A DNA stretch of 64,000 nt from Octopus sinensis (taxonomy: Eukaryota): positions 83,886,001 through 83,950,000 of the forward strand of contig NC_043000.1 of the NCBI RefSeq assembly GCF_006345805.1, given 5' to 3'. The translations under genes and the position numbers were made by a program. The stretch's first letter is position 1; each line of letters begins with the position of its first letter. Under the pieces are notes generated by a model. It was not told the DNA's origin, did not search any database, and saw only the letters and a program-made list of their open reading frames with translations. This document shows positions 11,890 to 24,736 of this stretch, one piece after another.

Positions 11890-12121
11890 TATTTCTTTAC
11901 TACCCACAAGGGGATAAACACAGAGAGGACAAACAAGGACAGACAAACTGATTAAGTCGATTATATCGATCCTATTGCGCAACTGGTACTTATTTAATCA
12001 ACCCCGAAAGGATGAAAGGCAAGGTCGACCTCGGTGGGATTTGAACTCAGAACGTAACGGCAGACGAAATACTGCTAAGCATTTCGCCCGGCGTGCTAAC
12101 GATTCTGCCAGCTCGCCACCT
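11890..12121 (-). mobile_element. Full-length SINE (tail type 2, LINE-like tail)
   Basis: Head gtggcgagctggcagaatcgttagcacgccgggcgaaatgcttag, B-box gagttcaaatc; tail resembles the 3' end of the element at 16458-17785. Confidence 0.8.
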
Positions 12122-12603
12122 TATGCAAACAAACAATACTGAAATTGATTTAAAGTCGAGATGGGCACAAGTGCATAAAACAATACCGAGGTGTATAAAA
12201 CATTTGAGCTGTTCTAGAAATACCCTGCCATTTTTCAACTCGATTCCACCCAAACTCACGACACATATTTATGTCACAGTACAATTGTGGAAAATGCACA
12301 ATTAAAAGCTTATCGATTTGGCTACGGAAATTTCAATTTCTTTCTCATTTTCTTCACACTTACTGCAATAGATCATGCTATAAATAACACAATACTTGGA
12401 AAAGATGGAAAGATTTTAGATAGCTAAAGTAACGCAATGAAAGAGCGATGGATTGCAATAGTTTTGTTCCAAATTGTATTGCAGTCAGTTTTACCCTTCA
12501 TATCTAGCTAATACATGAAACAAGAACCAAATATGTTTTGAAGATAGTTTCAATCAATTATTCGACACCTATACTCACACTTACAAAATCATTTGGAAAT
12601 TAA

Positions 12604-13135
12604 TATATATGAGTGACAGAAGCAGTAATTAATACCGAGAGGGATTATTTATCCCTACTTAAACGTGGAAGTTCTATTAGAACAAGCTATACCGCGGTAG
12701 TTACCATGAGAGAAACTCTCATATTAACTTTTTGGTGTAAAATGTACACTTGTTTATATCGCTAAGGGGAGATAAATCCTCTCCAGCACCGAGACCACCA
12801 GATCGCGTGAATTCGACCTTCTTTGGTCTTGTCAATGATGGACACCCGATCGCTAGAGGCAGCAGCGATTTATCCACCCGCCAGCAATATATATACAGAT
12901 TGACAGAACCAGATCAGGTGCTGGTATCACGATTAGCCAGTGAGCTTGTTATATATATATATTAGCGACAGGGGAAGTAATAATACCAAGAGGTAACATT
13001 TATCCTCACTTAAAAACGTGGATTTTCAGTTAGAACAAACTATACTGCAGTAGTTTCCATGAGAGAAATTCTCCTATTGGCTTTTGGTAATAAAATGCAT
13101 TCGTGTTTATATCGTTAACAAGGAGATAAACCCTC
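12604..13135. repeat. Diverged ~180-bp direct repeat pair (12604-12781, 12953-13135), period ~352 bp
   Basis: gacag...gtaat(t)aatacc.agagg...ttagaacaa.ctatac.gc.gtagtt.ccatgagagaaa...gtttatatcg.taa..ggagataaa.cctc is present twice. Confidence 0.85.
12795..12841 (-). ncRNA. Decayed type-I hammerhead-like motif
   Basis: Minus strand CCAUCA-UUGACAA-GACC(aaagaa)GGUC-GAAUUCACGCGAUC-UGGUGG. Stems I and II pair; the core differs from CUGANGA/GAAA at three positions. Confidence 0.45.
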
Positions 13136-13691
13136 GTTTTCTTTAGAAAAAAAAAATTATATATATATAATCCTTATTCCATACGACTGCGATAATGCCG
13201 CGAGGCTCCTGTTGAGTTTTGAACCATCGTAATCAGGTTCCCTGGCTCAGAACCATGGACTTCATATTGCCATAAAAGGCAAAGCGACTTATAGAAAAAA
13301 TTGTCACAAAACGTATTAATGCCTGTGCGAAAACGGCTCGACCAAGCAGATCAGTGAATAGGACTTTTCTTGTCAAACAGTCTGATCGAATTCTTAAAAA
13401 AATTTCCATTGAGATTATAATACGAGATTATAATAAGTAGAGCCATCCGAAAGTCCACTGAGACCCCTGTCGTTCGACTCTATGACATATTCTCACCATC
13501 CTCTACTTACGGTACAATCTATGGCGTACACGGACCTATGTCACTCAATTCCATGACACGTGTTCTCGCTTTTTCTGATTATTCTGCCTAGAACTGTCTG
13601 AGATGCTACTCGAGGTTATGCCAGTCAGCTTTGTGATATGGGTTCGAATTCTTTCTGCTTAATTTGTACTCTGTATGTATGAAACTGTATG

Positions 13692-13905
13692 GGGCAGTGA
13701 GCTGGCAGAATCGTTAGGACGCCGGGCAAAATGTTTCGCGGCATTTCGTCCGTTTTTACGTTCTGAGTTCGAATTCCGCTGAGGTCGACTTTGCCTTTCA
13801 TCCTTCCAGAGTCTATAAAGTAAGTACCAGTTGAGCACTAGAGTCAACGTAAGCAACTTAGTTTCTCCCCCGAAATTACTAGTCTTATGTTCCAGGATAA
13901 TAAAA
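13692..13905 (+). mobile_element. tRNA-derived SINE
   Basis: ggcagtgagctggcagaatcgttagga...gagttcgaattccgctgaggtcgactttgcctttcatcc. Confidence 0.8.
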
Positions 13906-15835
13906 ATATGGAAACATATATTAGTATAATCATTATGCACGCACCAAACAGCCCACCGAATGTAGTTACCAATAACTATTTAACAACTTTATACCACTCT
14001 AAATTTTTTGTACCTTAAAATAAATGAATAATAATGATCGGGTAACATCTACATGTTTGGTTATTGACTAGGATGGCATTATAAATACGATAACCACCTT
14101 TATTGTTATTGATTCTGTGTATCCTAAATTGTTATTGGCAAGAGCCAATTCTATAATAATGGCTATGTGACATTCACTGCATTTTTTCTTTCGCTTAGGT
14201 TGCAGAATAAACTCGACAATAATTTAACTCCTACATTATCCACCCAGCTACTTTATTATTTATAACGAATACTCAGCTAAAAATAATATTTATTCTTATT
14301 ATCGAGAAAATATACGACAAAGTTGTTTTTTGCTGGAGTGTTTTTGTTACACAAAGCCTGTAACATGCTTATTTTATTGATTCCTACTGAATTTAATTTC
14401 AGAACCTAATGGAACGAAAGTAAATTCCGTTATGCATTTACTTCGACTCCTTGCCACTTCTGCCTCATCGTCACCCTCACATAGCATTAATGATTTGTTT
14501 CTTTTGAACCTTTTTTTTTCTATTTTTCATGGAGATAGATGAGTGGAATTTTATAAGATTAAAATCTATTTTTGTCCCCACGATAATTGTTAAAAATCAA
14601 TTCTGCACAACTGAATATTATTTAAATTCCGTGATATGCATCGTCCGGTATTTTTATCATTGATTGACTGCACAAAACGTAGTAAATAAATTCAGAATAT
14701 CACATAGGACAAAATATAAATTGCTTTCAAAGAAATAAAGATGACGTTAAAAACAGTACCATTTAATTACAGACAATAAAGAGCTACTTTATATAATTAA
14801 AAGCAAAATTTACTGCATTCTTGAAAACTAGTCATCTCAGAAAAAAATATCGAAAATTAATTTTATTAGCTAAAATTTAGTTGCCATTTTATTTTAGCTT
14901 TATGAACAAAATTACAAACATTTATTTATATTCTTTTATGAGATATTATATGTGTTCTGTGAGTGACATATCACCTTGCAAGAATTTCAAACGTTATAAA
15001 AGATAATCTAAAATTTCACAATTCTTGCCAAAAACTATTGTCGCAAGAATGCACCTTCACTACCCAGTCTATTTATCGACTTTTTAAAGAAAGGACAAAC
15101 GTTGCTCAAGAGAAGGACTTTTGTAAAAGGCATGTACAGAATATATTAAATATTTTACAACCCTTATATCATTTTGTATGTTGCCAAGGCATGCCTTAAA
15201 ATGTTAATTACAGTATGAATGGCTGCACATTGTATGAAACATCGAAGACAATGTTATCGTTATCAATGTTATAACGTGTCTAGGCGAAGATATTTACTAT
15301 CAATGACTGGTAACATGGAACACAGCAGTTCACAGCTACACGTGGGTCAGTTTCAACAGTTGTGTTATGGCTGTCTATAGTTTAGTGCCCGATTCATTAC
15401 GTTGTTTATTCTCCAATTCTTCCAGGTAGTATAGCCTGATGCTATTAGGGTCATCGGTAGATCGAGACTTCATCGAGCTTAGGGTTTTGAGGTCGATGGG
15501 AGCTAATCACATATTGGAAATATACTATCCAGCTTTGACAGATGGTGTAATAAAACTGTTTTTGCAGACGTCTTCTGGAAAGGAGTTTTCCAACACCTCA
15601 ACGATACAAATTGCAGTCGTCAGTTCCACAAGCTTCACATTCTAAGACCGAAATCTCTCTCCCAGTGTTTTTTAGGTACTAAACTCTTGTACACTCTCCT
15701 GCTGCTACTAACTTCCTCTTCAACATATATCGTATCTCTGCTATCATATATTTTGTTACCATAGCTTCTACCTTACTTATCGTACTGGACCTCCATAGCT
15801 ACCCTGATCTCACATATCACCAACAAATATGTAAT

Positions 15836-16012
15836 GGGGCGCGTGGTTTAGTAGTTAGAGTGATTGTAAGATTGTGATTTCGATTCCTGATCAGGGCGAT
15901 GCGTTGTGTTCTTGTGGAAAACACTTCATTTCACGTTGCTCCAGTCCACTCAGCTGGCAAAAATGAGTAATCCTTCTATGGACCGATGTCCCGTCTATGT
16001 GGGGAATTTACA
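15836..16012 (+). mobile_element. tRNA-derived SINE (family of 63043-63362 and 63780-64000)
   Basis: gcgcgtggtttagtagttag (A-box-like), ttcgattcc (B-box-like), atttcacgttgctccagtccactcagctggcaaaaatgagta shared with the later copies. Confidence 0.7.
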
Positions 16013-16457
16013 CACCATGGAAATAGACATGACTCGAGAAGAGAAGAGAAAGACAGCAAACATGACCATAACTTACCGTTTTCCCTTCCCTTTCCGCCAA
16101 TCACAGTATCTATTCAGAGATGTAAACTTAACGACAAACTCTTAAACCTCAAACGTTTCTTTAAACTTCCGCTTTCACTTGAATCCGCATCAGCTGGTTG
16201 GTTGGCGTCTTAACAGTTTCGGTTCTTTAAAGACAGACCTTCTATATGTCAATAGATGTTCATGAGGGAAGACGTAAAGTGTTTGCACATACATGCATAC
16301 ATACATGCATTTTTATATATGTGTCTGCACGCATGTGCGGGTACGTACGTGTATGTATGTTTTGTATCTTGCTGAAAGAAAGGTCGCTTATTAATGAGAA
16401 GCGAGTAAAGTAGTACGCAAAACTTTATAAGCAACAAAAAGAGCGTGGAGATACCCT

Positions 16458-17785
16458 GATTTTTTATTGCCCATTAGGGGCGAACATAGAGGGGACAATA
16501 CAAGGTCATGTGGGGACACAAAACAATAGAGAAAAAGGGGAAAAGCGTATGACAAAACATGAATGACAAAACATGAATGAAAAGTGAGAATAAAGTTACT
16601 CGCCCCACTCCAAGCAACTTCACTTTCTTCCTTCTACTTTGAACACTGTTCCTTTTAGAATGTCTATTTTGCTGTTTCTTGTGAGATCCGTGCATAATAT
16701 TTCTTCCGGCAAATTGCTTATGTTTGTTTACATTCCACGCCTTGAACCCACCTTTATATCTTTCTACTCTTTCCTTTTGCTTTTCTGGCATTAACATCAT
16801 CTTTCACCTCCTCCGTTGGTATATCCTTCTCTGCTGTTACTTCCTGTGCTCTTTCTTGGTTCCTCCCCGTTGGTGAAGGGCAGTTCGCTCTAATGTAACC
16901 TTTTAGGCCACATTTAAAGCATCGCGGAATTCTGCCCTCCACCCTGACTGTCAGTACCGTATCTCCGACCGTTATCGTCTCTACCATTTTTTCTAGGTTC
17001 TCCGCCGGTCGTTGGATAACTAAGTCTAACGTCGGTCCCTTCTAGTTCATTGCTTTTGTCTTAATGGCCTGGAGGAATGCTATTTCGTTGTCATTGCCTA
17101 GGAGAACAGCAGCTGCTACCAATGCCACTTCAATTTCTACCCCCACCCCGGAAGCCCTCCTTCCAAGGTACGCGAGTGGGTAGAAGCACCACACTTACTG
17201 TTTTCAACGGGGTCACCGAAATTTGCTTTGCCTTGGTTGCCTCTCTGAGGCGAATCTCCACCACCCCAAATCTGTTTCCCCTGGAAAGATATGTAATATC
17301 GTGTTAGATTGGTCTTAGTGATTTTTCTATTTTTTCTATTGGCATTACCTCTATCTTCTTTTCCTCTATGGAATAGACCTTGTAGATGATAGTCTTCTCT
17401 TCTATTCCTTTTAAGATTCCTTGCGGGTGGTGGGGGTGGTGACAGTTTTACATCACCATCCTCTCTATGCAGCATTTTCCTGTAATTCTACAATTTCATT
17501 ATGTCGACTTTCCTACTTCCGTGGCATTTGAGTAGCTCTTCCTTTTGTCCAGGTTTTCGTATATCTTCTTAATTGCATTCACCCGCCCCTCCTCCAAAGA
17601 AGAAAGCCCCGAAGAGCCGTAATCTTCATACAGCATCATTCTGGCTGCTTCAAAGCAGCACAGAACAGTTGACAAAAGTTTTCAAATGAACACTGACACA
17701 AATTCAAACAACAAACCTTCAACAATAAATAACAATTATTTCTACTTAACAAGGTCAACTCACAATTGATAACACCGTTTGAACA
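16458..17785 (-). mobile_element. Non-autonomous ORF1-only LINE derivative (L1/Tx1-like ORF1 with CCHC knuckle), 1328 bp, 16-bp TSD
   Basis: Perfect direct repeat agcgtggagataccct at 16442-16457 and 17786-17801. ORF1 relic ...MVETITVGDTVLTVRVEGRIPRCFKCGLKGYIRANCP (C-x2-C-x4-[H>Y]-x4-C) with two in-frame stops upstream. No APE/RT motifs. Ends gcccctaatgggcAATAAAaaatc. Confidence 0.8.
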
Positions 17786-17939
17786 AGCGTGGAGATACCC
17801 TCCCGAGAAGAACTATCCTTGCATTTTATAATAGCATATGCTTTGAATAGTCCATTGTTTGGGTTAACTCATTCTCTTTTTTTATGTATAAGGTTTGTCT
17901 TCTAGTGAAATAGTAGAAAGGAATGATCAATCCAAAACA

Positions 17940-18320
17940 TTCACAGTTGAAATTCATACAACTCTCACTCCCTGAAAAATCCGCATTTTGTATATTCACT
18001 GTGAGTCTGCTTCCGCGGGTCAACTTGAAATGTAACCCCGTGCACCCGATTTGATCGATTGCAGCGTTGTGTTGACTGTAGTTGACTGTAGAGAGAGTAG
18101 CGATTTCAGGATCGTGATAAAATTCCGTGATTCTGTCTGTAATTGTGACGATGGAAACTGAATCAGTGACTTGATTGGAAGACTGAGCTCTCATCTGCTT
18201 GATCAATGCCCCAACCAGCCGCATCTGAGCCGCTTTGAATTGAGATGGTTACAGCTTCAAAACGGCCCCCAATTCTTCGGTTATCAACATGTTGATCTGT
18301 TTTTCCGTCGCAATTGGTTT
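17940..18320 (-). pseudogene. Possible decayed Ty3/gypsy gag/protease fragment
   Basis: ALIKQM...ITDRITEFYHDPEI resembles K02A2.6-type Gag N-termini (ITEFxYDPE); VTFQVD in an alternative frame resembles the protease motif; ttgcgacgg at 18305-18313 is PBS-like. Confidence 0.3.
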
Positions 18321-18809
18321 TATCAAATTTTTTCGTAAATGTTAGAATTATTTTGCAAAATAATTATAAATTTACAGTTACCTTTCAGATAATTAACATC
18401 ATATACTTAGTAGCTTTGGGTAATCTCATCGTTCGTTGCAAAATTTGTTGTAACTTGCTTTTAGTAGAGAGGAAAAGAGTCAAGTTGTAGTAGCAGTAAA
18501 ACTTTATAAGCAACATAGCAATTTATAAAAGAGTGAAGACGATCTCTCCCCAAGAATAATATTCTTGTATATTATAATAGCATATGATTTGAATAGTGCA
18601 TTGTTTGAATTAGCGCATTTTTTGTACATAATTTATGATTTCCATTGCGATATTCAATCAAAACATTAAAAGTTCAAATTCATACGACGACTCTGACTTT
18701 CCTTGCAGCAGGTATCCGTGTTTGTCCGTATATATACATATAAGTATGTATGTGTGTATCTATGTACGTGTGTGTTTGTTAGTCTCCCTTTATATGTGGG
18801 TGTGTGAAT

Positions 18810-19112
<303 letters not shown>

Positions 19113-19146
19113 TATCTATACAATATGTTACATTACTCGGTAGTCA

Positions 19147-19209
19147 AGATAAAACTCTGAGTTTCAGATGCCGAAGTGGAAATCCACAACACCATCTCTT
19201 CGGTTATCT
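19147..19209 (-). ncRNA. Minimal type-I hammerhead-like ribozyme (variant core) in Penelope pLTR, element-sense strand
   Basis: AGAUAA | CCGAAGA | GAUG..CAUC | U | GAAA CUC A GAG UU | UUAUCU. Perfect 6-bp stem I, stem II, palindromic stem III, predicted GUU cleavage triplet. Confidence 0.6.
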
Positions 19210-19402
19210 GGCTATTTGAAAACGTTATGAAAAAATACCGTTAAAAATGAAGGGAAATTACTCTGTTATAACTCTGCTTTGCCTGCGTACTTATACATCG
19301 CTCGCATTTTTCGTCATAAAAATTATATAAAAAATACAAAAAATATATAAAATATATAAAAATATATAAAATCTTCTTGGGACATAACACAGAAAGCATG
19401 TT

Positions 19403-21519
19403 CTATCCGTTTTCTTTAGGGGACCAAAAACGTAACAGAAATTTAGTCACATGTGGGCATGATCCGAAAAGCTCTGTCCTTGTATTTAGACATGTGGTAG
19501 GGTCTAAGCTGCTTTTCCAGATAAGCCATCTCTCCATGTCGCATAAACCGCACCTTCCGCTGCCGTTAGTATAGGGCTTACATCTGGCCAAAATCTTCCA
19601 TTGTATGTTATAATCGACACCTTTATCTCTTAAAGACCAAATATGATTGGATAATTGTGTCGCTTTTCTTTTGTTCCAGTGCCTAAAGCTCAAAGTGTGG
19701 TTATTGAACCTGGCCTTGAAATTACCCTCCGTCAGGCCCACGTATTTCTTCGTCGAAACGTGTCTTTAGTGGTTATAGAGTTTACGGTAGCTTCATATAT
19801 GATGGTCTTGGACATGCAAGCTCCATTTAGCGGGCACAATTCTTTATTCCTGCATGAACAGCTGTTTTCTTCTTGTGTTTTTTGTATGTTATGATTGATT
19901 ATGTTTTTAAATTTGTAGTTGAACTAAAACTAATTTTAAATTGTGTCTATTAAAGAGTTTCCTATAAGCATGGTTAACTGGAAAATGTCTATCTATCAGT
20001 GCTAGGAAATATTTACCTATATTGAAGGCCACCTCGGGTGAGTAAGGGGGCGTAAACCAGATGACCTTCCTATTTCTATTATTCCTTTTCCTTATTGTTG
20101 GGCTGGTGATAGGTGTATATTTTATTTTTTCGCTAAAACCACTATCTTTTAAAGCTTTATTATAAACTGGGGCAACGCTATTGAAGATGTCCTCATTAGA
20201 TGAGAGGCTAGAAATCCTCTTACTAATATTTTTAACTAAATTTTTGAATACTATAGGGGGATGGCATGAACCTACATTAATATAACTTAGTCTATCATTG
20301 GGCTTCCTATAAGGCTTATAAATATTATTATTAAGATCTAAGGAAACGTCTAAGAAATTGACAACCGTCAGGTTAGTGTCTATAGTTATACTAAGTCCGA
20401 AGTGTTTCATTAACTGGATAATATCCTTCCTAAAACGATCTTGTGCTGGTCCATTTGTATTAGCTGTTAAGGCGAGGGCATCATCTTTGTAGATGGCGAA
20501 ATGTACGTTAGGGAATGTCTTACCGAAGGTATCTAGGAGAAAGAGTCCAATTAGATCACAGATGCCTGCCCCATCATATGAACCCATGCTCACATCGAAA
20601 GCGTCCTCCGTGTCGGTGTTTTTTACCCTTTGCATTCTCACTGAAAAGTAATGTCTTTCTAGCAGGAAGATTATATCCTTATCATTGGTACTAATTTCTA
20701 TGAAGTCACTAGCGAAGATTAGGGCTTTATCTAGCAGTTCTTTAGAGATAGAGGCATAAAAATCAACAATATCGAATTGTGTTAAACCTCGCTTTTTTCT
20801 TATTCTTAATAGCTTTAAACCAGTCTACGACTTCTATACTATTGGACCATTGCACTAGCCTAGTATCGGTCTTAATTTTCGTATTTATTTTATCTAAAAT
20901 TTCTTTGCTAATAATCCCTAGTTCTGACTTGGCTGGGTTGATAAGCCTACATTTAGGGTTGGAAAGGAAGTTTTCTTTGTGGTCTTTAATAGTAAAGGCC
21001 TCTTTTTGGGGGAGGGTTTCTATTTTTTATCTAATTTAAGTTTAGCGGCGATGACGCTAGCTTCTTTATTAATTCGTTATATGTCTGTGCCCTAGCCTTA
21101 GTATAATTATTAATGATGCTGTTGTGTAAGAGTTGTGTGTATTTGCTGTTATCTACCAGGTATAAGTTCTTGGTTTTATCCGAAAAAAGTGCTTTTTTCT
21201 TGGAGCTTTTTATATGATCAATATCTTTTTTCAATTTATGTTGGAAATTGTTAAAAGACTTACGAAACTTTATTTTGCTCATGATCTTCAGCAGGTCCGC
21301 TTCGAAATCTTCCAAGCCTTTAATCCTAGGAGGGAATTTTTTGGATTTTATCCGATAGCAAATGTTTTCCTTGGTGTTCGCTTCTGTGTCAAAAAAGAAA
21401 GCCTTCCATCTCATACGCTTAATTACATCAGTAATTTTTTGCAGAAGTTTCTTAGAGTAAAAATCCTTTGATGGGATCGGTATATTTTTCATAGAATAAT
21501 CTATGTGATATGCGTCCAT
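19403..21519 (-). pseudogene. Penelope-like RT-GIY-YIG ORF broken by several 1-nt indels
   Basis: SMKNIPIPS...KRMRWKAFFF; KCRLINPAKSELG; QFDIVDFYASI; SMGSYDGAGICDLIG; IYKDD; VNFLDVSLDL; WFTPPYS; CSCRNKELCPLNGAC; IIYEA...YVGLTEGNFKARFNNH; CGLC. Confidence 0.9.
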
Positions 21520-22031
21520 ATTAGATTCTTTTGTTTGTGAGAGTGCTCAACCGATGTTAGGCGATAATCCCAAAAAGGTCGTATTAGCTCTTAGTTGAGA
21601 ATAACGTCGTCCGGGAGGTGATTTATTGATAAAACGGTAAGATAACAAAAGAAAGAAAGAGACCTCAATATTATGTAAATAGAGGAAATTTATCTATACA
21701 ATATGTTACATTACTCGGTAGTCAAGATAAAACTCTGACCCTACCACATGTCTAAATACAAGGACAGAGCTTTTCGGATCATGCCCACATGTGACTAAAT
21801 TTCTGTTACGTTTTTGGTCCCCTAAAGAAAACGGATAGAACATGCTTTCTGTGTTATGTCCCAAGAAGATTTTATATATTTTTATATATTTTTATATATT
21901 TTTATGTATTTTTATATAATTTTTATGACGAAAAATGCGAGCGATGTATAAGTACGCAGGCAAAGCAGAGTTATAACAGAGTAATTTCCCTTCATTTTTA
22001 ACGGTATTTTTTCATACGTTTTCAAATAGCC

Positions 22032-22093
22032 AGATAACCGAAGAGATGGTGTTGTGGATTTCCACTTCGGCATCTGAAACTCAGAGTTTATCT
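22032..22093 (+). ncRNA. Second copy of the hammerhead-like motif in the inverted pLTR
   Basis: Same sequence as 19147-19209 reverse complement, with one T fewer in the T-run at the cleavage site. Confidence 0.55.
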
Positions 22094-22192
22094 TGACTAC
22101 CGAGTAATGTACATATTGTATAGATAAATTTCCTCTATTTACATAATATTGAGGTCTCTTTCTTTCTTTGTTATCTTACCGTTTTATCAATA

Positions 22193-24736
<2,544 letters not shown>

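Larger units (their letters stand above)
19113..22192 (-). mobile_element. Penelope-like element (RT + Cys-rich linker + GIY-YIG) with 3' pLTR and upstream inverted pLTR
   Basis: Coding relic 19403-21519 (-). Segment 21739-22192 is an inverted copy of 19113-19502, extended by the reverse complement of the 21624-21738 region; 21624-21738 also repeats the 3' end. Confidence 0.9.

Noticed and set aside
15439-15645. Minus-strand SFPEDVCKNSFITPSVKAG, faintly RT-like
   Set aside because: Too short and degenerate to support a call.
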